The notes under the pieces were generated by a model that did not search any database, was not told the origin of the DNA, and worked only from the letters and a program-made list of their open reading frames with translations. The translations under genes and the position numbers were made by a program. This document shows, piece after piece, positions 9,635-20,869 of a DNA stretch of 64,000 bases. Within the stretch, counting starts at the first letter, position 1, and each line of letters begins with the position of its first letter. This DNA is from an uncultured bacterium (GTDB taxonomy: Bacteria; Auribacterota; Erginobacteria; Erginobacterales; Erginobacteraceae): positions 256,001-320,000 of the forward strand of contig CAWGIE010000036.1 in the NCBI GenBank assembly GCA_963822585.1, given 5' to 3'.

Positions 9635-11377
9635 TCAGAGATCTTTACTCGGACCGGCTCTCAGCGTATTCTCCTCGAGTTCTTCCCGAATCTTTTTTCC
9701 CAGGATCTCCGTCTCCACCGGTTTTTCCAGGCAGCGGGTAATTCCCAGCCGGGCCGCCCTCTCCCGGGCCTGGTGATCAAGGCATCCGCTGATGATGATG
9801 CATTTCTGCCGGGGACAAATTTCAAGAATCCGGCCGTACACATCAAGGCCGGTAGTATAATCCAGCTTCAGATCCATCACAATCAGGTCCGCCGGATGTC
9901 TCTTGACGTAGGCATAAGCAGCTTCTCCGTCGGGGACGGAGGCGGCATCATATCCCAGCAAAATCAGCTGGCGTTCGATCTTTTTGCGATCGTCCTCGCT
10001 GTTATCCACAACCAGCAGCCGGGCAGGACCCGGATGATCTACGGGAGTCGGCCCGGTCACCTGGCGCTCGGCCCGAAGATACATGCTGAAAGTCGTGCCC
10101 TTCCCGGCTTCGGAAGTGACGTCTATGTAGCCATGATGATCTTCGATCACCCCCGCCACCACCACCAGGCCGAGGCCGGATCCCGAACTCCCCATCTGTT
10201 TCCCCGAGGAGAAAGGGGTGAATATTTTACTCAGAGAGTCCCGCGAGAAACCTTTTCCCGAATCGGATACCCGGATGACCACATATTCTCCCCGCGGGAT
10301 CTGCTGCAGCCCCCGGTGGGGGGCCTCAAGTTTCCGGATGAAAGTGGCCACCGTCAGTTCCCCGCCCGACTCCATTGCCTCGCATCCGTTTCTGACCAGG
10401 TTCATGATGACACACAGTAACTGGGGTGCCAGACCCCGAACCGGAGGCAACTCCTCGGCCAGCTGCAGCTTCACCTGAACCTGCGGGAACCGGCTCTCCA
10501 GGGTCTTGAAACCCATGGACTGGATATAGTTCCTGACCACGCCGTTGACATCAACCGGACAGAGGTCGGTCCGACCGCGCCGGGCCAGGGTGAGGAAATT
10601 CTGGACCAATTCAGCGGCCCGGGAGGCGGCATCCTTGATTCTCAGCACCGGTACCCGGAGTTCGCTGTCGGTGGGCAGTTTTTCCGAGATAAAATCCGGA
10701 TAGGAAAGTATGGGGTTAAAGAGATTCTTCAGATCATGGGCGATCCCGCCGGCCATAATACCGAGTGTCTCCATCCGGGCGGAAAGAGCAAGTTTCCGTT
10801 TCAGTTCCGCTTCCTCAGCCTCGAATTGACAGACGGCGGTGATGTCAACACCGGAGAGCAGGATGCCCTGGGGCACGAATTCTTTGACAATAGTGAGATG
10901 CCGCTCCCCGAACAGTATCGTACGGACGCCCTGCTTCCCCGGAAAGGCGACTTCCTCTTCGGAAGTATATTTATCTTCCCGGTGTCGGAGCAGATAGTGA
11001 GAGAACCGTTCCCGCCCGGAGGGGACCGCCAGATCCAGAAGGTCTTTCCCTATCATTTCTTCTTTCGCCCGGTCAAAAATGTTCAGGAAAGAGCGATTCA
11101 AGTCCAGAACTTTCCCGTCCATCCCGATGACCACGTTGATAATCTGGGCTTCCTCGAAAAAAAAGCGATAGCCGGCTTCCAGACGGCGCAGTTGATCCTG
11201 CAGTTCCTCGATTTTGAGACTGCGGACGCCTTTAATTCTTTCAATCTCTCCCTCCGCGAAAGAAGACATACGGAACTGGATTTTTTTTAATTTTACCAAA
11301 AGCATGATCAGCCAGATAACCAGGCCGATGGAAAGAACAGCCAGGCTGAGAGAGATTATTTCCCACATGTGGTTCAT
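9635..11377 (-). CDS. Hybrid sensor histidine kinase (TM-PAS-HisKA-HATPase-REC)
   Basis: H-box AGGIAHDLKN, NLVRNG, DSGKG, GSGLGL, C-terminal receiver domain. Confidence 0.92.
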   Translation of the reverse strand: MNHMWEIISLSLAVLSIGLVIWLIMLLVKLKKIQFRMSSFAEGEIERIKGVRSLKIEELQDQLRRLEAGYRFFFEEAQIINVVIGMDGKVLDLNRSFLNIFDRAKEEMIGKDLLDLAVPSGRERFSHYLLRHREDKYTSEEEVAFPGKQGVRTILFGERHLTIVKEFVPQGILLSGVDITAVCQFEAEEAELKRKLALSARMETLGIMAGGIAHDLKNLFNPILSYPDFISEKLPTDSELRVPVLRIKDAASRAAELVQNFLTLARRGRTDLCPVDVNGVVRNYIQSMGFKTLESRFPQVQVKLQLAEELPPVRGLAPQLLCVIMNLVRNGCEAMESGGELTVATFIRKLEAPHRGLQQIPRGEYVVIRVSDSGKGFSRDSLSKIFTPFSSGKQMGSSGSGLGLVVVAGVIEDHHGYIDVTSEAGKGTTFSMYLRAERQVTGPTPVDHPGPARLLVVDNSEDDRKKIERQLILLGYDAASVPDGEAAYAYVKRHPADLIVMDLKLDYTTGLDVYGRILEICPRQKCIIISGCLDHQARERAARLGITRCLEKPVETEILGKKIREELEENTLRAGPSKDL

Positions 11378-11632
11378 TGTACTTCCCGGCTCTAAATGAG
11401 CGCCTTTGGCGCACGTTTAGAAAAATTCCATTTTTCAGAATATAGATAAATTGAAAAGGATCTGATAATCAGTTCATATTCAACTGATCAGCCCGGAACG
11501 GTAAGCCCTTGGTATACGAAAGGAAAAGCTGCAAATAACCCCGCGAAACAGAACTTTAACAATAGTGCGCGGAAAAGTCAAACGGGCAAACCGGAATTGC
11601 TCCGCCTGCTCGCGTCCAGGATCCGCCCGGGG

Positions 11633-12637
11633 TTATCCGTCACTGCCGACGCGGGGGCGGTTACGATAATCCCTGATCCCTTTCTTCATCTGATCCCGCC
11701 AATAATCGAGTATGGCCTCCAGCGTCTCATCGATGCCATACTCCGGCTGCCAGCCGGTCACCGATGTAAAACGGGAGTGCTCCCCCTGAAAAAGCGGGAT
11801 CTCGGCTTCCCGCAGACGTCCTTTGTCCTGCCTGACCTCGATCGCGGATTTGGTCAAGGCCAGCAGTTTGTCCAGGATTTCTTTGATCATATAAGTCCGC
11901 CCCGAGCAAACGTTATAGGGTGTCGCCGCGGCGCAGTGATCGACGGCCAGTCGATACGCCCTGACCATGTCCCGGACATCGGTAAAATCACGGAACGCAT
12001 CGAGATTTCCCACCTCCAGGAATGGTTCCTGCCTGCCGGCTTCTATCTTCGCGATCTGAAAGGCGAATGACGCGGTAACAAAACTCGGGCGTTGCCCGGG
12101 TCCGATGTGATTGAAAGGCCGCAGGATTACGGCATCAAGAGACCGGGCACGGGAGTAATAGAAAGCGGCTTCCTCGGCACAAAGCTTGGTTAAACCGTAG
12201 ATACTCGCGGGCCGTGAAGCCTTCTCTTCGGTCAGCGGCATTTCCCCGGTCGGTACCTTCCCGTATACCTCGGCTGAACTGACGAGAATCACCCGGGCGA
12301 CGGGAGCATTCGCACAGGTCTCTTCCAGCACATTCAGACTTCCTTTGACATTGGTTTCAAAGGCCAGCTGGGGCGCGCTCTGGGCCATGGGAACCACCGA
12401 GGTCCCGGCCAGATGAAAAATCACTTCCGGATGGTGTTTCCTGATCACTCTCCCCACGTCCTGGGCGCTGAGAATGTCGCACTCTTCCACGCGAATTTTA
12501 TTTAAAAGGAAAACCGGGGCGTCCAGCACCGCTCCGTGGCGTTCAATCCCGGTCACCTCCCATCCTTCATCAACCAGATTGCTCGCCAGGTGACTGCCGG
12601 CAAAACCCGCGATTCCGGTAATCAATGCGCGTTTCAT
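11633..12637 (-). CDS. Extended SDR, GDP-4-keto-6-deoxy-D-mannose reductase-like (Rmd-like)
   Basis: TGIAGFAG, SSAEVYG, YGLTK, RPFNHIGPGQ, RDFTDVRD; adjacent to gmd. Confidence 0.8.
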   Translation of the reverse strand: MKRALITGIAGFAGSHLASNLVDEGWEVTGIERHGAVLDAPVFLLNKIRVEECDILSAQDVGRVIRKHHPEVIFHLAGTSVVPMAQSAPQLAFETNVKGSLNVLEETCANAPVARVILVSSAEVYGKVPTGEMPLTEEKASRPASIYGLTKLCAEEAAFYYSRARSLDAVILRPFNHIGPGQRPSFVTASFAFQIAKIEAGRQEPFLEVGNLDAFRDFTDVRDMVRAYRLAVDHCAAATPYNVCSGRTYMIKEILDKLLALTKSAIEVRQDKGRLREAEIPLFQGEHSRFTSVTGWQPEYGIDETLEAILDYWRDQMKKGIRDYRNRPRVGSDG

Positions 12638-12652
12638 GGGGTGTAATAAATA

Positions 12653-12941
12653 CGTTACGTAAGGTTACGGTTAAATAAGGTTAAGAGAAGTTACGGAAGG
12701 TTACGGAAAGTTACGAGAGGTTACGGTGACACCGGAGCAATCATTTAAAAGAGAAAACCGTGCGAATAAGGAGAAACTTTTATTCTCACTGTAACCCATC
12801 GCGATCTCTCGTAACCTTTTTTTCAACCGTAACCCCGCGTAACCTCCCGTAACCTTCCGTAACCTGTTTTGCAATCGTAACCTCTCGTAACCTCCCGTAA
12901 CCTTCCGTAATCTGTTTTGCAATCGTAACCTCTCGTAACTT
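12653..12941. repeat. 10-mer (GGTTACG-core) inverted-array element between gmd and the rmd-like gene
   Basis: gttacggaaggttacggaaagttacgagaggttacgg ... cgtaacctcccgtaaccttccgtaacc, with an internal duplication of the right arm. Confidence 0.9.
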
Positions 12942-12949
12942 TTCGTCCC

Positions 12950-14029
<1,080 letters not shown>

Positions 14030-14171
14030 TTATAAAGTTGCAAGAGAATCGCGTTACTATACTGCTTCAGAATTTCAAAACATTGTAAAAAGTGTAAAGT
14101 GTAATGTGTAAAGACCCTTTACACTTTCCACTTGAAACTTTACACCAAGTTGCGCCGGAGGCGCCAACTTG

Positions 14172-15386
14172 ATGATTTATCGTCTGGAAAATACGGTCCA
14201 GAAATATGCCTGGGGTTCCAGGACTTTTATTTCCGACCTGTTGGGGAGGGCAATTCCCTCCGGAAAGCCGGAGGCTGAATTATGGATGGGATCTCATCCC
14301 CGGGCACCGTCGCGGGCACGGGACCGGGGGGATTCGGTCCCCCTGGATAAACTGATCCGGCGGGACCCCGCTGGTATGCTCGGCGAACGGGCGGCAACGA
14401 AATTCCAGGGGAGACTGCCCTTTCTCCTGAAAGTCCTGGCAGCCGATTCCCCCCTTTCCATCCAGGCTCATCCTGACCGGGAGCAGGCCCGGGCCGGTTT
14501 TCTAAAGGAACATCGGGCCGGAATCCCCGTGAATGGTCCACAGCGCAATTATCAGGACTCTAACCATAAACCGGAGCTACTTTGCGCGCTGACTCCTTTT
14601 GACGCCCTGTGCGGGTTTCGTCCTCTCCCGGAGATCGCCGACCTGCTCTCATTTCTCCATCTCGCTGACGCCATCCCGGAAGCCGAAACTTTCCGGCGCT
14701 CCCCGACGGAAGAAGGACTCCGTTCCCTGTTCAAGACACTTTTTTCTCTCCGCGGACGGAAGAAAGAACACCTCCTGGAAACCCTGGTCGAACGGGCGGC
14801 CACCAACCCTCCACGTTCCGAAGACGAAACTCTGACCCTCCGCTGGATCGCCCGGCTCGCCGGGCGATACCCCGGCGACATCGGTATCTGCGCTCCGGTT
14901 CTTCTCAACACGATCCGCCTCCATCCCGGGAAAGCACTCTATCTGAACGCGGGCGTTCTTCATTCATATCTGGAGGGGGCCGGGATAGAGATTATGGCCA
15001 ACTCCGACAATGTTCTCCGGGGAGGGCTGACAGCCAAGCATGTGGACCGGACGGAATTGTTGAAGATTCTCTCTTTCTCCGGCAAACCGGTTTCCGTTTT
15101 GCATGGACAGTCGGCTGATGGCATCGAGTTTGTTTATCGAACACCGGCCGAAGAGTTCCGACTTTCCCGGATGAGCCTGTCGGTCGGATTTCCGTTTCGG
15201 GCCGCCCATCGAAACGGCCCGGAGATCATCCTCTGCGGCGGGGGAAGCTGCCGGATAACCGGGGACGCCGGCGAAAAGCTGAAAGTGGAGAAAGGCGAAT
15301 CCGTTTTTATCCCCTTCAACGCCGGGGGATACCGAATCGAGGGTGAATCTACACTCTACCGCGCTTCTCTTCCAGGCGACGAATGA
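14172..15386 (+). CDS. manA: Mannose-6-phosphate isomerase class I
   Basis: YAWGS, AELWMGSHP, LSIQAHP, NHKPEL, MANSDNVLRGGLT. Confidence 0.95.
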   Translation: MIYRLENTVQKYAWGSRTFISDLLGRAIPSGKPEAELWMGSHPRAPSRARDRGDSVPLDKLIRRDPAGMLGERAATKFQGRLPFLLKVLAADSPLSIQAHPDREQARAGFLKEHRAGIPVNGPQRNYQDSNHKPELLCALTPFDALCGFRPLPEIADLLSFLHLADAIPEAETFRRSPTEEGLRSLFKTLFSLRGRKKEHLLETLVERAATNPPRSEDETLTLRWIARLAGRYPGDIGICAPVLLNTIRLHPGKALYLNAGVLHSYLEGAGIEIMANSDNVLRGGLTAKHVDRTELLKILSFSGKPVSVLHGQSADGIEFVYRTPAEEFRLSRMSLSVGFPFRAAHRNGPEIILCGGGSCRITGDAGEKLKVEKGESVFIPFNAGGYRIEGESTLYRASLPGDE

Positions 15387-15463
15387 TTATTAAAGCCGGC
15401 CCGAGGAGCCTGTCCGTCGTCATTCTTCAAAACTAAAATTTTCACGCAGTGAAAATTTTACAC

Positions 15464-15491
15464 TTGACTTCTTCTCTTTTTGGGGTATGGT
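15464..15491 (+). promoter_or_regulatory. Possible sigma70 promoter for the HU gene (TTGACT-16 bp-TATGGT)
   Basis: Near-consensus -35/-10 about 70 bp upstream of the HU start, directly after a palindrome at 15434-15460. Confidence 0.35.
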
Positions 15492-15562
15492 TCTGTTTTT
15501 ATACAATGCACGGCATCAGCCGCAACTTCCAACTTTCCAATCCAATCAAGGAGGAGAGAAAA

Positions 15563-15841
15563 ATGGCAATGACCAAGAAGGACATTATCGCCCAGATGGC
15601 GAAGGACGCAGGGATCTCCAAGAAAGCAGCCCTGGCGGCATACGAATCATTGGTAAACGTGGCCTATAAGGGCGCCAAGGCCAAAGATGGGATTATCATT
15701 CCCGGTTTGGGGAAATTCGTCAAGGTCCGTCGGAAAGCCCGCATGGGCAGGAACCCGGCCACCGGACAGAAGATCAAGATCGCGGCCAAAACGGTATTAA
15801 AATTCCGGGTTGCCAAAGCGGCCCAGGACGCGGTCGTATAA
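15563..15841 (+). CDS. hup: HU family DNA-binding protein
   Basis: MTKKDII...IPGLGKF...RKARMGRNPATG..IKIAAK; RBS AAGGAGGAG upstream of ATG 15563. Confidence 0.93.
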   Translation: MAMTKKDIIAQMAKDAGISKKAALAAYESLVNVAYKGAKAKDGIIIPGLGKFVKVRRKARMGRNPATGQKIKIAAKTVLKFRVAKAAQDAVV

Positions 15842-15888
15842 TTGCCTGAAAGCCGCGCGTTCTCTACCGCGGCCCTCAAAAAGGTGAG

Positions 15889-15922
15889 AAGCGGGGCACG
15901 GCATGCCGTGCCCCGCTTTTTT
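15889..15922 (+). terminator. Intrinsic terminator (perfect 30-bp palindrome followed by T tract)
   Basis: aagcggggcacggcatgccgtgccccgctt plus further T residues, between convergent hup and malQ. Confidence 0.75.
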
Positions 15923-15942
15923 ATTCGTCTCCGCCACCGGAT

Positions 15943-17436
15943 TCAGCGACCGGAGGCGGTTATCAGTTCCGAGAGGAGAACAGACAGATCTCCGCTCAGA
16001 GCTTCTTCCCGGAAACGCCACTCCCACTGCCCGGTCGGGCGTCCCGGGATGTTCATCCGGGCCGCGCTGCCCAGTCCGAGGATATCCTGGAAAGGGACGA
16101 CGGCCGTATCGGCGACCGAGTCGAAAACGGCCCGGATCATACCCCAGTTCACGTCACGCTTTCCGACACCCAGAAACGCGAGAACCTTCTTTTGCTTCTT
16201 CGGCTCCAGGTGACGAAACCAGCCGATAGAGGTGTCGTTGTCGTGGAGGCCGGTATAAAAGGCGGAGTTCCGGGGAATACTTTCGGGATGATGATATCCT
16301 GAGGGGCCGCCTTCCAGTCCAAACTGCAGTTCCCGGACACCGGGGATGGAGAACTCTTTCATAAGCCGGTCCACCGGTTTCTGAATCTCGGCTTCCAGCG
16401 CTTCGGCGATAATCGGCAGCCCCCCCCCTCTATCATCCTGGAGCAATCGGAAAAGAGCCGCGCCGGGACCTTTTACCCATCTTCCTTTTCGGGAGGAGGG
16501 ATTTTTCACCGAAATATGCCAGCAGGCATGGAAACCCGAGAAATGGTCCACCCGGACGATATCCACCAGATTGAGAACCCGGCCGAACCGGTCCCGCCAC
16601 CATTTGAAGCCCTCCGCCTTCATCACCTTCCAGTCGTAAAGGGGATTACCCCAGATCTGCCCGACTTTCCTCCCTTTCGGGGGGGGGACACCGGAAAGAG
16701 CGCGGCGACGGCCGTGGGCGTCCATGAGAAAAAGTGAACGGTTGGCCCAGGCGTCGGCGCTGTCCTGATTGACGAAGAACGGGATATCCCCGATGATCCT
16801 GATCCCGCGCTTGTTGACCGATGCGCGGAATCGCGCCCACTGCCGGAAGAAGAGATACTGCCTGAATTGAACCTGGGTGATCTCTTCGGAGAGTTCCTCT
16901 CTCGATTGTTCCAGTACGGACTCTTCCCGCAGCCGCAGTGGCGCGGGCCAGTAGAACCAGGGTTTGCCCTTACACTGCTTTTCCAGGGAGACGAAGAGCG
17001 CGTAATCTTCCAGCCAGAAGGAGTTTTTTTCCTTAAAGGCCTCGAACCGGCGACGGTCTTCTCTCCCGGCCTCCCGGGAGAAACGGTCAAATGCTGTCTC
17101 CAGCAGCCGGCTTTTATAGCCGATGACCTTGGGGAAATTGACCCGCCGCGAGGGAAAGGCAGGGCGACGCGCCAGGTCGGTGCGGGGGATCAACCCTTCC
17201 TCCGCCAGTGATTCCAGGCTGATCAGCAGAGGGTTGCCCGCGAAGGCGGAAGGACTGGAGTACGGACAGTTGCCGGCACCGATCGGGTTCACGGGCAGGA
17301 TCTGCCACAGTTTCATCCCCGATACAGCCAGAAAATCAGCGAAGCGGGAGGACTCCGGACCGAGATCGCCGATGCCCGACGGCCCCGGTAAAGACGTGAT
17401 ATGGAGCAGAACACCTGCCTGACGGGGAAATTCCAT
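15943..17436 (-). CDS. malQ: 4-alpha-glucanotransferase (GH77), divergent copy A
   Basis: GVLLHITSLP, WQILP, SPSAFAGNP, IIGDIP, RVDHF, YTGLHDNDT, RMNIPG. Confidence 0.9.
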   Translation of the reverse strand: MEFPRQAGVLLHITSLPGPSGIGDLGPESSRFADFLAVSGMKLWQILPVNPIGAGNCPYSSPSAFAGNPLLISLESLAEEGLIPRTDLARRPAFPSRRVNFPKVIGYKSRLLETAFDRFSREAGREDRRRFEAFKEKNSFWLEDYALFVSLEKQCKGKPWFYWPAPLRLREESVLEQSREELSEEITQVQFRQYLFFRQWARFRASVNKRGIRIIGDIPFFVNQDSADAWANRSLFLMDAHGRRRALSGVPPPKGRKVGQIWGNPLYDWKVMKAEGFKWWRDRFGRVLNLVDIVRVDHFSGFHACWHISVKNPSSRKGRWVKGPGAALFRLLQDDRGGGLPIIAEALEAEIQKPVDRLMKEFSIPGVRELQFGLEGGPSGYHHPESIPRNSAFYTGLHDNDTSIGWFRHLEPKKQKKVLAFLGVGKRDVNWGMIRAVFDSVADTAVVPFQDILGLGSAARMNIPGRPTGQWEWRFREEALSGDLSVLLSELITASGR

Positions 17437-17440
17437 TCTC

Positions 17441-18931
17441 TTACCTCCCGGAACTCCTGGTGTATTCCAGAAACCTCTTTACCATCCCGGCGGTAATCAT
17501 CTCCGGACGATACCGCCACTCCCATTGCCCGGAGACGGCGCCGGGGAGGTTCATTCTCGCTTCACTTCCCAGGCCAAGAACATCCTGAAGCGGGATAATG
17601 ACCGTATCCGCGGCCGACTGGAGAACCGCTTCGATGACTTTCCAGTTGATCCCCCGGGCGGTTCTGGTCCCCAGGCAATCACGGATGCGTTTTTTTATCC
17701 CGGGGGATTGGGCGGCGAACCAGCCGATTATGGTATCGTCATCATGGGTCCCCGTGTAGGCGGCGCATTGCTCCGGGTACTCCTTTGGCAGGTGGGGATT
17801 GTCCGGACGACCATGAAAACCGTGCTGCAGGATCCGGATACCCGGGTAGCCGAGGTCGGTCAGCAGCTCATTCGTCTCCCACTTGATCCGCGGCTCCATG
17901 CTCTCGGCGATGAGGGGCAAAGGGCCCAGTTCTTCTTCAATCGACCGGAAAAGCGAGGCCCCGGGGCCAAGAACCCATCGCCCCTCGGCGGATGTTCTCG
18001 CGCCCGCATCGACGTGCCAGCAGGCAAAAAATCCCGAGAAATGGTCCACCCGAACGATATCAACTTCGCCCAGAACCTCGGAGAAACGGAGGCTCCACCA
18101 CGGGAATCCGGCATCGGCCATCGCTTCCCAGTTATACAGCGGCATATCCCAGATCTGGCTGACCCCGGCCCGGCTGGGGGGAACCCCGGAGAAGACGAGG
18201 CGCCGTCCGGCGGCGTCCAAAAGAAAGAACTGGCGGCGAACCCAGACATCGACGCTGTCATGATTGACGAAAAACGGCAGATCCCCGATAATGCTGATCC
18301 CGCGCTGATTCGCGTATTCGCGGAGCCGGCGCCATTGCCGGGAAAAAAGATACTGACGGAAGCGGGCTCCTTCGATCTCGCGGGCAAATTCCTCACGGGC
18401 TTGCTTGATGGCCGACTCTTCCCGGAAAGCAAGCGGCCGGGGCCAGGTGTACCAGGGCCGACCCTGATGACGCTCCTTCAGAGCGGCGTAGAGCGCGTAA
18501 TCATCCAGCCAGCATGCGTTCTCGGCGCAGAAAACCTCCAGCGCCTCCCTTTCCTCCCTGCCGGCATTGGCCCGGAAACGATCATGGGCCCTCTCCAGCA
18601 GCTTCATCTTCACGGTGCCGGCCCGGCCGAAGTCAACCCGGCCGAAGGATCCGCGTTCGGGAGCGGGGATATCTTCCCGGGAAAGAATGCCTTCCCGGGG
18701 CAGTTCCTCCGGGCTGATGAGCAGGGGGTTGCCGGCCAGGGCGGAGGGACAGGAGTAGGGCGAGTTACCGAAACTTAAAGGCGCCAGCGGAAGGACTTCC
18801 CACAGCCGTTGCCCGGCATCGACCAGAAAATCGACAAAGCGGTACGCCCCCTCCCCCAGATCACCGATCCCATAGGGTGAAGGGAGGGACGTAATATGAA
18901 GCAGGACACCGGACCTGCGGGAAAATTTCAC
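17441..18931 (-). CDS. malQ: 4-alpha-glucanotransferase (GH77), divergent copy B
   Basis: Same GH77 motifs (RVDHF, YTGTHDDDT, RMNLPG); tandem paralog. Confidence 0.9.
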   Translation of the reverse strand: MKFSRRSGVLLHITSLPSPYGIGDLGEGAYRFVDFLVDAGQRLWEVLPLAPLSFGNSPYSCPSALAGNPLLISPEELPREGILSREDIPAPERGSFGRVDFGRAGTVKMKLLERAHDRFRANAGREEREALEVFCAENACWLDDYALYAALKERHQGRPWYTWPRPLAFREESAIKQAREEFAREIEGARFRQYLFSRQWRRLREYANQRGISIIGDLPFFVNHDSVDVWVRRQFFLLDAAGRRLVFSGVPPSRAGVSQIWDMPLYNWEAMADAGFPWWSLRFSEVLGEVDIVRVDHFSGFFACWHVDAGARTSAEGRWVLGPGASLFRSIEEELGPLPLIAESMEPRIKWETNELLTDLGYPGIRILQHGFHGRPDNPHLPKEYPEQCAAYTGTHDDDTIIGWFAAQSPGIKKRIRDCLGTRTARGINWKVIEAVLQSAADTVIIPLQDVLGLGSEARMNLPGAVSGQWEWRYRPEMITAGMVKRFLEYTRSSGR

Positions 18932-18933
18932 TA

Positions 18934-20844
18934 TTATTTTTCCTCCGGAAAAATAAGACTTAGGTTTTTGCGGGCTTCGGTCAGGCCGGGGTTGATCCGG
19001 AGTGCTCGCTGATAAAAATTCCGGGCCTCCTCGATTTTTCCCTGGCGGGCATAGATGATGCCCAGGTTATTGTACGCCATCGCGTACCCGGGGTTGAGAC
19101 GGATCGCTTCCCGGTACTGTCCGGCCGCCTCCGCCAGTTCCCCCCGGGCGGCCAGGGCATTCCCCAGGTTATTGTGGGCATCGGCGTAACCGGGGTTAAT
19201 CCGCAGCGCTTCCCGATAGAAGCTGACGGCCCCCGGCAGATCTCCCTTTGCCGCCGATCTCAAGCCCAGGTCATTATAGGCGCTGTAGAGGTTAAAAAAA
19301 GCCTGTTGATTCCCGGGTTCGAGCCGGTATGCCTCGGCGTAGTGCGGGATGGCCTCGGCAAATCTCCCCTGCTCGGTCAAAATCGCCCCCAGATTGTTAT
19401 GAGCACGGCTGTAGTCCGGCTTGATCTCGATTGCCCGCTGATAATGATGAATAGCCTCCAGTGGTTCCCCCTCCCCGGCCAGGGTCAGCCCCAGGTTGTA
19501 ATGAGCCATGTAACTGTCGGGGTTCACATTCAGGGCATGCCGGAAGAGGGATCCGTTTTCCGACCAGTACCTCACCTGAAAGAAACTGAGCACCGCGCAG
19601 ACAACCGGGATGGCGACACAGGCAATCCCGGTCCACCGGCGGCGATGCCGGAGAAAAACCCAGGAAAGGGCCAGAGCCGGGGCGATCATCGAGAGATACA
19701 GAAAACGGTCCGCCACCGTTGAAAATACCTGATACCCGTGCGGGACCAGCCCCAATACCGGAAGAAGTCCCGCGATGAAAACCCCCAGAATGACCAGCCA
19801 GTGACGGCGATCTTTCACAAATACCATGGATGCCGCGATGACGGCCGGCAGGAGCCAGCTGAAGTAAAGCCACCCCTGCTCCAGCACCCGGGCCGGGGTC
19901 CGGCCGTAATCAATGCTCAGCTGAATGGGTATAAACAACTTATAGAGATAAAAGGCGAGCGCGTCCAGCGCCAGGAGAAAACGAGCCGGGAGCGGAGCGA
20001 TATACCCCAGCGGGATCTCCCGTTCCGAAAACTTGGCCAGAAAGATAATCGGCAGGGCTATCAGCAGCCAGAGAAGGAGCAGGCTGAAGGGCGGGGAGAA
20101 AAAAGCGGCCGACAAACCGCGGCGCCCGGTCAGCCGTTCCTCGCTCCAGCGGAAATGGATGAGCAGCCATCCGATCGCCACGACCGGAACTGCCGCCGGT
20201 TTCGAGAGCAGGGCCAGGGCAAAAGCCGCCGTCGCGTATGCTCCGTAGCGCTTTCTCTGCCGGCGATTGACGCCGCTGAGTTGCCGGTTGACCTCTACCG
20301 CCTGAGCGTACCTGAGGTAGTTTCGGAGCGAGAGAAGAGAAAAAAATCCGCAAAGCACGTCTTTCAAGCTGGAGATCCAGACCACCGGCTCGACCTGGAC
20401 CGGATGGAGGGCGAAAAGAAGCGCGCCCAGGGCGGCGGACCATTCTATCCGTCCGGGATCGTTGCTGCTCCCCCGGAGGAGAATTCTAATGATCCCGTAG
20501 AGGAGAAGGACATTGAGAAGATGGAGGATCAGGTTCGCGTGATGGAAAACCGAGGGCAGCAAACCGAAAGAGGAACCGGTGGGGGAAATCAGACGGGAAA
20601 AGGCGGCCAGAAACGACCAGGCGGTGAAAGTCGCCGGGATATACATCGCCTCGTGGGGGGATATCCAGAAATGGACGATATTTCCGGGGGTCAAGGCGGC
20701 AAGATACCGATTCGCGTAGACATGGATGTCATCGTCCCATCCTACAAAACCGTAATGAACGGCCGGCCCCAGGACCAGGAGGGGAGCGATAATCAGCAGC
20801 AAGATGATCAGGGAACTGTGAGGGATTGCTGGCCGGGTTTTCAT
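18934..20844 (-). CDS. TMTC-like multi-pass membrane protein with C-terminal TPR repeats (putative GT-C glycosyltransferase)
   Basis: GFVGWDD, LFALHPVQVEPVVW, ADRFLY, TPR repeats AHNNLG. Start moved to MKTRPAIP because the longer ORF overlaps the HDAC gene. Confidence 0.85.
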   Translation of the reverse strand: MKTRPAIPHSSLIILLLIIAPLLVLGPAVHYGFVGWDDDIHVYANRYLAALTPGNIVHFWISPHEAMYIPATFTAWSFLAAFSRLISPTGSSFGLLPSVFHHANLILHLLNVLLLYGIIRILLRGSSNDPGRIEWSAALGALLFALHPVQVEPVVWISSLKDVLCGFFSLLSLRNYLRYAQAVEVNRQLSGVNRRQRKRYGAYATAAFALALLSKPAAVPVVAIGWLLIHFRWSEERLTGRRGLSAAFFSPPFSLLLLWLLIALPIIFLAKFSEREIPLGYIAPLPARFLLALDALAFYLYKLFIPIQLSIDYGRTPARVLEQGWLYFSWLLPAVIAASMVFVKDRRHWLVILGVFIAGLLPVLGLVPHGYQVFSTVADRFLYLSMIAPALALSWVFLRHRRRWTGIACVAIPVVCAVLSFFQVRYWSENGSLFRHALNVNPDSYMAHYNLGLTLAGEGEPLEAIHHYQRAIEIKPDYSRAHNNLGAILTEQGRFAEAIPHYAEAYRLEPGNQQAFFNLYSAYNDLGLRSAAKGDLPGAVSFYREALRINPGYADAHNNLGNALAARGELAEAAGQYREAIRLNPGYAMAYNNLGIIYARQGKIEEARNFYQRALRINPGLTEARKNLSLIFPEEK

Positions 20845-20869
20845 AGTGAAAAAAACAAACATCCAACGT

